Under the pieces are notes generated by a model. The model saw nothing but the letters and a program-made list of their open reading frames with translations. It was not told where the DNA came from and searched no databases. A stretch of DNA of 64,000 nt from Azolla caroliniana (lineage: Eukaryota; Plantae; Polypodiophyta): contig JBHGNT010000006.1 in the NCBI GenBank assembly GCA_043228905.1, positions 17,298,001-17,362,000 of the forward strand, written 5' to 3'. Below are positions 1-12,064 of this stretch, piece after piece. How positions within the stretch are numbered: the stretch's first letter is position 1; each line of letters opens with the position of its first letter. The translations under genes and the position numbers were made by a program.

Positions 1-1420
1 ATTTAAACCAACTATTTGTAACTTAGTTACTGTTGGATGTAATTTCATTTTTTCCACTAATACAACTTCTTGTTCTAAGCTCTCTCTCTGGCTCTCTCCC
101 TCTCTCTGTTTTCCTTACGTACACTCACACTCACACATAACTCGCTTCCGTTGCACAACACCACCTACGTCTTTCATTCTTTCTAATTGAGCTTTTCCAA
201 TTGTGTTGAGCTACACAACGATGATCAACAGAACTAGTTTAAGCAACAGAGAATAATTCAACATCATGAACACTCAGATGGGAAGCGCTCTTCCTACAAA
301 GAAGCTTGATAGAACAAACTTCGCATCTTGGGAGTACAAGATGCATCAATACCTTGTCGGACAAGGCTATTGGAGCTATATTGAGGGAGCTCACGAAACG
401 CAACCCAACCCAACACACGCAAATTACCTAGCATGGGAGCAGGCCACAAGCCGCGTGTTGTATTCATGATTCAACCACCCGGTTTTGGATCGAGTAAACA
501 CTTGAAAGTAGTCTGCCGACTCAGGAAGCCTCTATACGGCCTCAAGCAATCACCCAATATCTTCACCGAATTGGCTTCCGAATGTGGAAATCGGACAATT
601 CTCTATATATTCGAAACAAGTTAGACAACCCGATTGTCATCATCCTATATGTGGATGATCTGGTCATCGGAGGAAAGGATCTCGTCAACATTAATAAGGT
701 CAAAACGCTCCTATCCGACAGATTCAAAATGAAAGATATGGACGAGCTCCATTACTTCCTTGGTATCGAAGTAATTCGTACACCAGTCGGGATATTGATC
801 TCTCAACGAAACTATATTCTTCACTTACTCTACAAGTTCAAGATGATTTAGTGCAAACCTGTGTCTACCCATTTCGATCGAAATCTCAAGCTTGATGCCA
901 ATTCGGGAACAAAAGATTGCAAACCGACTCAGTATCATCAACTGATCGGTAGCTTAATCTAACCATTACCCGACCTGACCTCAACTATTCGGTTTGTCTA
1001 CTTAGCCAATTTATATAGAAACTTCGGGATTGTTAGGAATAGTACTGAGACAGAGAAGAAATTAGTACAAAGAGAGGAATATTAGTACTAAGAGAAATAG
1101 AGGGTGTAGAACACTCGAGAGAAGGAGAGAGAGAGAGAGAGAGAGATCGAGGGAGAGAAAATGATGATGACAACGATATATTATGTGAGAAGAATATACA
1201 AGGAAGGCTAGGATGCTTAAGATTGGTGTTGAACCGATTTGGTTCGAAATAATGCCTCGTGCCTCCTTTTATAGTGTTCTCAGGAGTAATCCTGAAGCTC
1301 CTAGAATGTTCCAGAGAAATTTGGAATATACATTAATTTTCTATAGTAAAACTTAAATAAAAATAATATCCTACGTATTACAATAGATAGTGTAATGGTC
1401 AAGAGCTTGACCCATGTAAC

Positions 1421-2874
1421 AACCCGGTTTATCTGGATATTGACGATGGAAGTCTTCAAGAAGAGCACGAGCATTGGTCACATTCTCTATTGGTTCCCAA
1501 GTATGCTTGCTGGGATTATATCCTAGCCAATCGCCTAAATAGTAGAGCTTGTTGCGAACAATCTTAGAATTGAGGATGGCGGCAACCTTGTACTCAGGTC
1601 CATCTTCAAGTTCGATCGGGGTTGGAGGTTGTGGAATACGTCCTAGGATGGTGCTGTCTTGATAGGGTTCGAGGAGAGAACTATGAAACACTGGATGTAT
1701 GCGAAGCTGGGGGGATAGATCGAGATGAAAAGCGACATCATTAATCTTTCTGATAATACGGAAAGGACCTAATCGCCGATAATCCAACTTCTCGCATGGG
1801 CGAGTAGTCTTGTTGTGTCGTCGTAGTAGCCATACTCGATCTTCAATGTTAAAACTGGATGGAAGCCGATGACAATCGGCGTAAACCTTGTGTGTTTGTT
1901 GAGCTTGTTGTAGATGAGTAGATAAATCTGCTTGTATCTTGCGTAACCGCTCCAAACAATCCTCTGCGCAAGGATTTGTGGGTAACTCTAGGGTTTCAAA
2001 TACACACCACGGGGGGTGACAACCCGTATAAGCATAAAATGGAGTAACTTTAGTCGATGATTGGATAAAGTTATTATAGGCAAATTCGGCGAAGTGGAGA
2101 ATATCCACCCAGTCATCCTGATGATAGCTTAGAAAGCACTGAAGATACTGCTCCAACGTTTGATTTGTTCGTTCTGCTTGGCCGTCGGTTTGCGGGTGGT
2201 AGCCGGAGGAGAGGTTACAAGTGACCTTTGAGCATTTTAAAAAGGTGCTTCCAGAATTTAGAGATGAACTAGGGTCCACGGTCGCTGATGATATTATCAG
2301 GAAGGCCATGATGCCGACATACTTCACACATGACAATTTCAGCGGTTTCTTCACTAGAGATTTCCTTAGTACACGGCAGGAAATGAGCCATCTTCGTATA
2401 TATCGATCTACTACTGTTAAAATCACATTGAATCCCTTAGAGATTGGAAGATCCGTGATGAAATCTAGAGCAATGGATTGCCATGGCTTGCCTTGAATTG
2501 ATAATGGTTCTAATAAACCACATGGATGATGCCTTGACATTTTTTCTCTACAACATGTATCATAAGGCCGAACAAAATCTTCGACAAATTGTCGCATACA
2601 AGGCCACTAGAATGATCGTTGTACTAAATCTAATGTCTTAGTACTACCAAAATGCCCAATTGCATATGTGTCATGACAGTTTTGGACTACTCAAAGGAGG
2701 CAAGAACCATTAGGAACATACAAGAGTTTCTTAAAGAATAGTAATCCATCATGACATTCGAATTGTCGATAGTTTGTACCTAGTTGTTGCGACTGTGAAC
2801 AAGATGCTCGAGAGGGATCAATTTGTGCTAGAATGGCTTGGGCGAAAGCATCTGTCTTCAAGTCCTCACGTATG
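1421..2874 (-). pseudogene. B integrase and chromodomain (frameshifted)
   Basis: [36 protein letters not shown]...IHPVFHSSLL, then PEYKVAAIL..YLGDWLGY..TWEP. Confidence 0.9.
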
Positions 2875-2904
2875 GTATGTGTGATGTGTATACAAAACCC
2901 AATA

Positions 2905-2972
2905 AGGCTTATAGTGATTCGAACCCATGACCTCCTCAAAGAAGGCATACAACCCCATCCATTAGGATACAT
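2905..2972 (-). promoter_or_regulatory. tRNA-like Pol III A/B-box module in D LTR (antisense to the element)
   Basis: Minus strand TATCCTAATGGAT (from 2969) to GGTTCGAATC (from 2925). Second copy at 18650-18703. Confidence 0.65.
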
Positions 2973-3500
2973 CATATTGTACATATTAAATAATAAATTC
3001 TATTATATCAATAGGAAATACATATAATAATATTATTGAGATGTCGCCACCTTGCATAGGCTAACGCATGATTGCCAAGGGGCATGCTTGCATGAATGGC
3101 AAGTGGCGATCTATTGAGCGGCAAGCTCAACCGGAGCCGGATCGGCTGAATAAGCCGGAGCCGGTAAGCGAGACGGATCGGTATGACGGTGAGCAACCGA
3201 ACCGGCAAGCAGTGGAGGCCGGGTGCAATCCGTAACCGGAAGTCCAATCGGAAGCCTAGTATAGGATAAACTACTAGGTAGCTATAGTCTCGTAGTAAGT
3301 GTCAGATGCTCGTGTGAGCATTGAAGTACATGGTACTTCTGTCAGTCCCAAGAGGACTTGTATAAATAGTGCTACTTAGCACAGTGTATATACAGAGTTT
3401 TGATATAATTTTGAAATTGTGTTCTGCTCTCTCTGTCTCTCTGTCTCTCTCTCTCTGTGTTGTTCTCTGTTTTACGCCTCCGCAAACACTTACATTCTCA

Positions 3501-3512
3501 TGGTATCAGAGC
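3501..3512 (+). promoter_or_regulatory. PBS of C (initiator tRNA-Met)
   Basis: TGGTATCAGAGC directly after the 5' LTR. Confidence 0.95.
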
Positions 3513-3587
3513 GTGAGGGTTGAGAACCTCTGCTGCAGACATTTACTCTTGAGAAGAAAACTCTAACAGGTCGAAAACAGACACAGT

Positions 3588-6500
3588 ATGGATAGAGGCA
3601 TGGCTACGTCACTCCCGGTGGAGAAGCTCGACAGGAGAAACTACGCATCCTGGTCTTACAAGATGCACCAGTACCTGCTTGGACACGGGTACTGGAGTTA
3701 TGTCGAAGGAGCGAATGATGCGGCACCCGACTCGGCACACAAGGACTTCCCGGTATGGGAACAGGCGGCAAGCAGGGTGATGTACTACTTCGCGTCCAGT
3801 GTCGGCGATCAGCTGCTCAGCCACATCCGTGACGCCAAGACACCGAAGGATGCTTGGGGGAACCTGAAAAAGGTTTTCGCCGCAAGCACCACTGCCCGGA
3901 AGCTGCAACTCAGACAGGAGTTGAGCAATGTTCAACAGAAGAACATGTTCGTGGCAGACTACACGGGCCGGATAAAGGAGATTTGCGACTCGCTCGCCTC
4001 TATCAATGTTACCGTAGAGGAAGACGAGATGGTGCAGGTATGTCTCGGAGGCCTGGTGTCCAAGTTCGGAGCGTTCCGGACTGCGGTGTGTACAAGGGAG
4101 AATACCCCCTCATTCTTCGACTTACAGTCGATGCTCCTTGTAGAGGAGAACCACGCCGGTGCATCTACCAGTGCATCCCCGGACAGCCGAATGCTGTACA
4201 CGGGAACGGATCGGTTCCGTGGGCGTGGTGGAAGAGGTGGGTCGGCACGCAATGGAGGCGGCCGGCAAGAGCAGGAACGGAGGCACTATGAACGTGCTGA
4301 CAGCAGTTCCGGGACTTCCACAAGCAGGGGGAGTCAAGGCGGTGCCGGAGGCCGGCAAGACAAATCTGCTACGGAATGCTGGTACTGTGGCAAAAAAGGC
4401 CACAGGGAAAGCGAGTGCTGGAGAAAGTGTGCCGATTCGGACAAATCCGGATCCGGCAAGACCGGTAAGGATGGCCGGCAAAACTCGCACTACGCAAACG
4501 GATCAGAAGGATCCGGAACCGGAAAGGCCGGTAAGGGGCCAGCCTTGGTGATGAATCACAAGGCAAACTCAATGAAGAAGACCACTTCCAAAATGGAGGA
4601 AGTGTGGTATGTTGATTCCGGCGCGTCGAACCACATGACGAGCCACAAAGAGTGGTTCTCCTTTCTGGAGAGACCGGATCAACCAGGAGTAGTCGAAACC
4701 GGAGACGACACTCCTCACCCAATCGTGCACGTCGGAGAAGTCCCTCGAAGCCACGTCGGACAGAAAGGGAAGCTGATGAACGTATTACACGTTCCGACGA
4801 TCACGAAGAACCTGGTGTCCGTTGGTCAGATTGTCAACCAGGGGATGCAGGTGCGGTTTATGCACCTCGGGTGCTTCATTGAGGATGAGGGCGAAGTCAT
4901 TGCGCAAGGGCGCAGAGACGGGAGGATGTTTATCCTCGACACCAATGACTTTGGCACCGCTCTGTTCGCGAAACGACAGAAGGTCGAGTCGGACATCGAC
5001 CTGTGGCACAAGCGGATAGGCCACGTCAACTACCGGAGGCTTCAAGATCTGCAAACGAAACAAGTCGTTTTCGGTTTGCCGAAGTTCAGCGGCCGGAGAG
5101 CCGAAATTTGTGAAGCCTGCCAACTTGGGAAGCAACACCGGCTTCCATTCCCCACCAAACGGAACCGGAGCCGTAACAAGCTCGATCTCATCCATTCGGA
5201 TGTGTGGGGACCGGCACAAAGTGTAAGCCTTGGCGGGAGCCGATACTTCGTCTCCTTCATCGACGACTATACTCGGCATACTTGGATCTACCTCATTGAG
5301 CGGAAGAGTGAAGTCTTCGACTGTTTCCGGAGCCTCCAGAAGATGGTGGAACGGGAATCGGAGAGGAAGATCAAATGCCTTCGGTCGGATGGCGGAAAGG
5401 AATATTTTTCCGGCCAATTCACTAGTTATCTGCAACAGAAGGGAATTTGGCAAGAGTTCAGCTGCAGATACACACCGGAGCAAAACGGTGTGGCCGAAAG
5501 GAAGAACCAGACACTCGTCGAAGCGGCAAGGGCAATGCTGGAGGAAAAGAGCATGCCCCGGTTCTACTGGGCAGAGGCGGTTCAGACGGCTGTCTACATA
5601 CAAAACCGCATTGGTGACAAGGTGTCAGCTCATGAGCTGTATTTCGGGCGCAAGCTGAACTTAAGACACCTTCGGATATTCGGCAGCATAGCGTATGTGC
5701 ATGTGCCGGATCAGAAGCGGAGAAAGATGGATGCAAAATCGGAAAAATGCATCCTAATCAGTTATGCTCAAGAGCAAAAGGGGTATAAGTGCTATAACCC
5801 TCGGGCGAAGGAAGTCCGAGTTAGCCGGGATGTCGAGTTCAACGAATCGGCATCCTGGTACTCCGTACCGACTCCGACTTCCGATCCCGACCCAATGCCG
5901 GAGGATCAGGCCAGTGAGCCTGAATCAGCCCTGACAGAGGATGATGAAACCGGGACTCAAGATGAGAGTCCGGAATCGTTACGGTTGAGTGGACCGAACG
6001 AGCGACTGAGTCGGTTGGACCAGTCAGATGAAGAGACGGCAAGTGGTGGAGACTCTGCCGTGCTCTCCCCGCGCAAGGAACCAAGGAAACGGTTCACGCG
6101 CAAAGAGAAGGGGAAGAGGAAGATGCCGGAATTCGAAACCGGCAACGATGAGTCGGATCGGTGCGTATCCGACTCCGGAAAGGAGAAAGGCGGATCTTCG
6201 GCAACGAAGACCGAACTGGCCAAGAAGGACCTCAAATCAGGTGACGGTGCGTTGCGCCGATCAACTCGCCAGAAGGATCCCGTCATGCGGTACGGATACA
6301 ATGAATACATGGCGCATCATTATGCGTACATGACTAAGGTGACAGAAGTGCGTGAGCCGGAGAGCTACGCAGAAGCGACAAAGGACGCCACTATGGACGA
6401 AGAAATGCGGGCACTCGATGCCAACAAAACTTGGGACCTAGTTGATCCCCCCCGTCAGTGTAAACCGATCAGATGCAAGTGGGTGTACAAGGTCAAGTAC

Positions 6501-8594
6501 AACGCCGACGGTTCTATTAACCGGTACAAAGCCCGGTTAGTGGCGAAGGGATACGCGCAGACCCACGGAATCGACTACGACAAGACCTTCGCTCCCGTGG
6601 CAAAGATGACGACGGTTCGTGTGGTACTGGCGGTTGCTGCGGCAAGGGGTTGGCATCTTCACCAGATGGATGTGAAGAACGCCTTCCTTCAAGGAGAGCT
6701 TGAAGAAGAAGTCTTTATGACTCAGCCCCCCGGATTTCAATCGGAGATGAACAAGTCGGCGGTATGCCGACTGAAGAAGTCGCTTTACGGCTTGAAGCAA
6801 GCCCCCCGAGCTTGGAACGCGAAGATCACGCACCGATTGCGTAAGCTGGGGTTTGCTGTCTCTAAGTCGGACTCTTCGTTGTTCATCCGGCAAGGCTCTG
6901 ATGGTCCGGTATGTATACTCTTGTATGTGGATGATTTAGTCATCACCGGACCGGGTCTTCCCGAAATCAACCGCGTCAAGTCCCAGTTGTCGGACGCATT
7001 CGAAATGAAGGACCTGGGGGACCTCCATTATTTTCTTGGGATCGAAGTGATCCGGACCCCCGACGGCATATTGCTCTCACAACGACATTACGTGTTGAAT
7101 ATGTTGTATAAGTTCGGCATGACGGATTGCCGACCTGTCTCCACACCCCTGGACCGGAACCAGAAGCTCTGTCCCAACTCCGGACCGGCCTGCAATGAGA
7201 AACGGTTCCAACAGGTTGTCGGAAGCCTGATCTACTTAACCATCACCCGACCCGACATCAGCTATCCGGTCAGCATGGTAAGTCAGTTCATGCAGAAGCC
7301 AACCGTGGAGCACCTTTAGTGTGCGCAACGAATATTACGGTATGTCAGCGGCACTAAGGACCGGGGACTGCTATACCGTCAAGGTATACCCGAAGAGCTT
7401 GTCGGTTACACAGATGCTGACTGGGCCGGCGATGCGTCTGATCGCCACTCCACTTCCGGATACATGTTCTCCATAGGTAGCGCGGCCGTTCCGTGGAGCA
7501 GCAAGAAGCAGCCCATAGTGGCTTTGTCAAGCACTGAGGCTGAGTACCGGGCCGCTACCGTTGCCACTTGTGAAGCCATCTGGCTTCGGCGACTGCTGCG
7601 AGACTTGCGGATCGAGGTACCGACCCCGATCCCGATTTACTGCAATAACATGAGCAGCCTGCAGCTCGCCAGGAACCCTGTGTTCCATGCTCACACAAAG
7701 CACATTGAGGTGCACTACCACTTCGTGCGTGAGCGGGTCCTCAGCGGTGAAGTTGACCTACGGTATGTTCATACGGATCGGCAAGTTGCCGACATCTTCA
7801 CCAAGCCACTCGGATCGGACAAGTTGCAGCACTTTACCGACATGCTTGGTATTCAGCATCTCGACGTGCCGCACTTGAGGGGGAGAAGCAAGGGCAAAGA
7901 CTCTATCGAAATGGGCAAAGGCCAAAAAACTGTTGAACCCATCGGTAAGAGGAGAGCCGGAAGAAGAGGAGACAAGAAGATGAAGGAAGCCGAGTCGACG
8001 AAGGAAGTCGACACATCCGAACAGGTCGGAGCAAGCGGCTGTGAAGAAGAGTTGTGCACTCAGGAAGAGAAGTGCATGCTGTGCGGAGGTCATCACGACG
8101 GTACTGACCATGATACAGAGTCGAATGAAGAATTCGATTTCGGTTCACCGGCTGAAGAAGCCGAGGGAAGCATGGAGAAGGCCAAGACTCGGAAGTGGTC
8201 CGATGTGGTGAGAGGCCTGAAGCCGGAAGTCGAATCGGAGTGTACCGATTCAGACAAGAGCTGGAACGAGTCGGAGACAGCTGACTCGGATCAACAGATG
8301 GATCCGGATGAGTCGGATCGACTGAAGGCCAAGGGGACACAGACACAACGGAAGTCGATGCCATCGTGGGAGAACCGACGGATTGGCAAGCGCCGGAGTC
8401 ACAGCAACGTGAGTACTGAGATGGGCCTATTGAGCAGACATGCCGACCGAGAGGGTCGAGGCGCGCAGAACCAAAGGGGTCGTGGCAAACGGGACCGGAC
8501 CGGACGAGGAGCGCGAGCAAGGCGGAGTGACGCCAGGAGAAGTCGGTTGGAAGAACCGACTGCCACAGAGGTCGACACTACGACCCCACCTTAG
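3588..8594 (+). pseudogene. C gag-pol polyprotein with one in-frame TAG (7317-7319) and a ~235 aa C-terminal extension
   Basis: Zn knuckle CWYCGKKGHRESEC, protease WYVDSGASNH, integrase LWHKRIGH/CEAC/RSDGGKEY/QNGVAERKN, RT YKARLVAKG and LYVDDL, RNase H DADWAG and STEAEY. ORFs 3588-7319 and 7464-8594 share one frame. Confidence 0.95.
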
Positions 8595-9275
8595 GTTGAG
8601 CTTGAGGGGGAGTGTTGAGCGGCAAGCTCAACCGGAGCCGGATCGGCTGAATAAGCCGGAGCCGGTAAGTGAGACGGATCGGTATGACGGTGAGCAACCG
8701 AACCAGCAAACAGTGGAGGCCGGGTGCAATCCGTAACCGGAAGTCCAATCGGAAGCCTAGTATAGGATAGACTACTAGGTAGCTATAGTCTCGTAGTAAG
8801 TGTCAGATGCTTGTGTGAGCATTGAAGTACATGGTACTTCTGTCAGTCCCAAGAGGACTTGTATAAATAGTGCTACTTAGCACAGTGTATATACAGAGTT
8901 TTGATATAATTTTGAAATAGTGTTCTGCTCTCTCTGTCTCTGTCTCTCTCTCTCTCTCTGTGTGTTGTTCTCTGTTTTACGCTTCCGCAAACACTTACGT
9001 TCTCACGATCATACGTGCCTATGAGGTGGCGAGCATGCATGTATCCAAACCATGCTATATAAACATGTATTTGACTATTGATGAACCATTCTGGTTCAAC
9101 GCCAGTCTTCGGCATATTCTTGTAAACATTGCTCTCGTTGTTAATACATTATCAAATTCTTCTTATCTCTCTCATATCTTTCGCTTCTCATTCTCTTCTT
9201 CATTTTAAAACTCATTCCTAACTTTGGCCCTGACAGTTTGAACCAAAATCTTCCTCCCTTCTCTCTTTCTTCCTT

Positions 9276-9319
<44 letters not shown>

Positions 9320-9401
9320 TGTCTCTTTCACTCTCTATCGCTTTCTCTCTCTTTTCCTTCCTTCCTTCTCCTTGAGAATCTTGCCAAACGTTATCCTCTC
9401 C

Positions 9402-12059
9402 ATGGAGTCAGTTAGTAAGCAAGAGTATGTTTGCGTCGTCTCTGAACTAGAGCATCTCGCAAATAAGTTTGTGGCGTTAGAACAAGAGAATCAATGATTG
9501 CTTCGAGATTTGCAACAAGTAAGCATAGAAAAGACACAACAATATGATGATTCATCAACACGTGTATTGTAACTCGAAGCAATATTGCGGTCTCTTCATC
9601 AACAAGCTTCAATGCAACAAACCTCTCCCAAAGAACCGAAGATTTTTTTGCCTGGGAAGTTCGATGGCAATCGATCACTGTTTTGAGGGTTTCTAAACCA
9701 AGTACGACTAGTAATTCATATGCACCCTAATAGGTATCCAATTGATGTAGCTCAAGTTGGACTAGTTGGGACCCTCTTAATAGGAACTGCATGAGTGTGG
9801 TTTGCACCACTACTAGAAAAGAAATTTCCTCTTCTCCAAGACTTCAAAGGTTTTATTAGAGAATTTCAAGAAAACTTTGGAGACACTGATAGTGTTAGAA
9901 CAACGATTAACAAGATTCGAAGATTGTGTCAAGGGGACCGTCCTGCCTCTGCCTATGCCACAGATTTCCGCCTCCTAGCTTGTGATATTCTGTGGGGTGA
10001 AGAAGCCTTAATGGATCAATTTCGCTATGGACTAAGAAATGATGTAAAGGATTTGCTATTAACTTTTCATAAAGATCCAAGATCACTTACAAAAGCGATA
10101 AGTCGTGTAGTGCGATGTGACAACCGCTTATTCGAGCGACGTTCGGAGCATCAATTAATGTCATGACCAAGAACGGATCAAACATATGCTTCGGTAGTAG
10201 GCTCAACACCTATGAGCACTACCCAAACTTCACACATGATTCCATCAGGTGGTCCAAGTCCAATGGAGATCGATGTAACACGTCGTCGAGGGCCTTTATT
10301 TGAAGCGTCGAGCAAAGCGTCTATGTTTATATTGTGCTGGTCCAGGACACATCGTGATCACATGACCACATAGACCAAAACGACAAGTAAATCAAGTAAG
10401 TATTAGTGAGAATCTTCATTCCAATTCTCTAGTTAGATCGTCTAGCCCTAGTAGTCCCACATGTCATGGTTAGTCCAATAGTTTTGAAGTCTTGAGTCAA
10501 CTTGATGAAATATTAAATGAATAAGTCCAACCAAAATCGGAGCCATTTGGTTGGACAATCTTGAATAGGTAAAGTCAACCCCAAGTAGTGGTTCCATTTG
10601 ATCGAATCATGTTAGCAGAGTTTTTTCAGCACAAGTGGAGTTTAGCACTTCTAGATGTCCTCGAGTTCTTGCCTCTGCTCTCTTAGATTTAGGAGCCAAC
10701 TCTAGTTTTATGGACAAAGAATTTGCTTTATCCGAGAAAATCCTATTGAAAAAACTCCCTTGCCTTGCATCTATTGTAGTCATTGATGGTCGCCCTATTT
10801 CATCCGGGAATATAGTTGAAGAATTTGAGCCAATTTGAGTAGTTCTTGGTAGCTTTACTTGCATGATTTCCCTCAATATAATTAGTAGCCCTGAGCATCC
10901 GGTTATCCTTGGTTTGCATTTGTTTGAACTTCATAATCCTGAAATTGACTGGAAAAATCAAACAATCAATGATTTCCAGCAGAAACCTGAATCTAGTTGC
11001 CTTGTTACTACCAACCAAGATTCAAAACCTCACCAAATCTCGCCCATCTCTCTACAAAAATTACGAGAAGACGGGCAAACAAATGAAATGTTTGTCTTTG
11101 CAGTAATAGCAAACCCATCCTCTAGCTCACAAGGGGTAGGTACTCCCCTCCCTACCAAGTACTTGGATTTGGAAGACATCTTCAGCAAAGCTAAAGCTAG
11201 TTCTCTCCCAGACCATCGGCCTTATGATTGTCCTATCAATCTACAACCTGGGAAAGAGCCACCATGGGGCCCAATATATAATCTATCACCTTTCGAACTC
11301 AAGGCCCTTCGAGAGTATATAGACGAGCACTTAGCAAATGGATTCATTCGACATTCTAAAAGCCCTGCTGGTGCACCCATCTTCTTTGTCAAGAAGAAAG
11401 ATGGATCTCTACGACTGGTCGTGGACTATCGAGATCTAAACAAAATCACAGTTCGAAATAGATATGCTCTACCCTTGATTTCGAGTTTACTAGAGCATCT
11501 TAGTGGAGCGAAAGTTTTCACGAAGCTAGATCTTGGAGGTGCATATAACCTTGTTCGGATACGTCCAGGAGATGAATGGAAGATAGCATTCCGTACTCGA
11601 TACGGACATTTTGAGTACACGGTTATGCCTTTTGGTCTCACGAATGTGCCCGCGGTTTTTCAACACATGGCGAATGATATTTTCCACGATTTTTTGGATT
11701 CATTCACCATAGTATTTCTTGATGACATCTTGATCTACTCGAAAACTCAAGACGAGCATGACATACATGTCCGCCAAGTCTTCCAACGCTTATGAGAATA
11801 TGGGCTCTTTGCCAAACTTGAGAAATGTAGCTCTGATCAAAACCACGTGGAGTTTCTGGGGTATGTGGTTTCACAACAAGGTATATATATGGATCCATCT
11901 AAGGTTTAGATAGTTCTGAACTGGCAACCACCTCGTTCAGTGCGTGATGTTCAATGTTTCTTAGGATTTGCGATTTTTTACCGCAAATTTATCAAGAATT
12001 ATTCAAACATTGTGATGCCTCTCACAGAGCTTACACGAAAGAAAAAGTCATTCACATGG
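9402..12059 (+). pseudogene. D gag, protease and RT
   Basis: [57 protein letters not shown], with several stops and frameshifts. Confidence 0.9.
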
Positions 12060-12064
12060 AGTTC

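Larger units (their letters stand above)
3112..9005 (+). mobile_element. Full-length Ty1/Copia element C inserted in the 5' LTR of D
   Basis: LTRs 3112-3500 and 8613-9005 differ by about 9 substitutions (counted by eye) plus microsatellite length. Perfect TSD CGATC at 3107-3111 and 9006-9010. Confidence 0.97.

Noticed and set aside
7317-7319. Programmed readthrough in Copia C
   Set aside because: The stop lies inside the conserved RT/RNase H region and is seen in one copy only; a point mutation is the simpler explanation.
7886-8594. Envelope-like gene in Copia C
   Set aside because: The extension is hydrophilic with no signal peptide or transmembrane segment, and it is fused in frame to pol.
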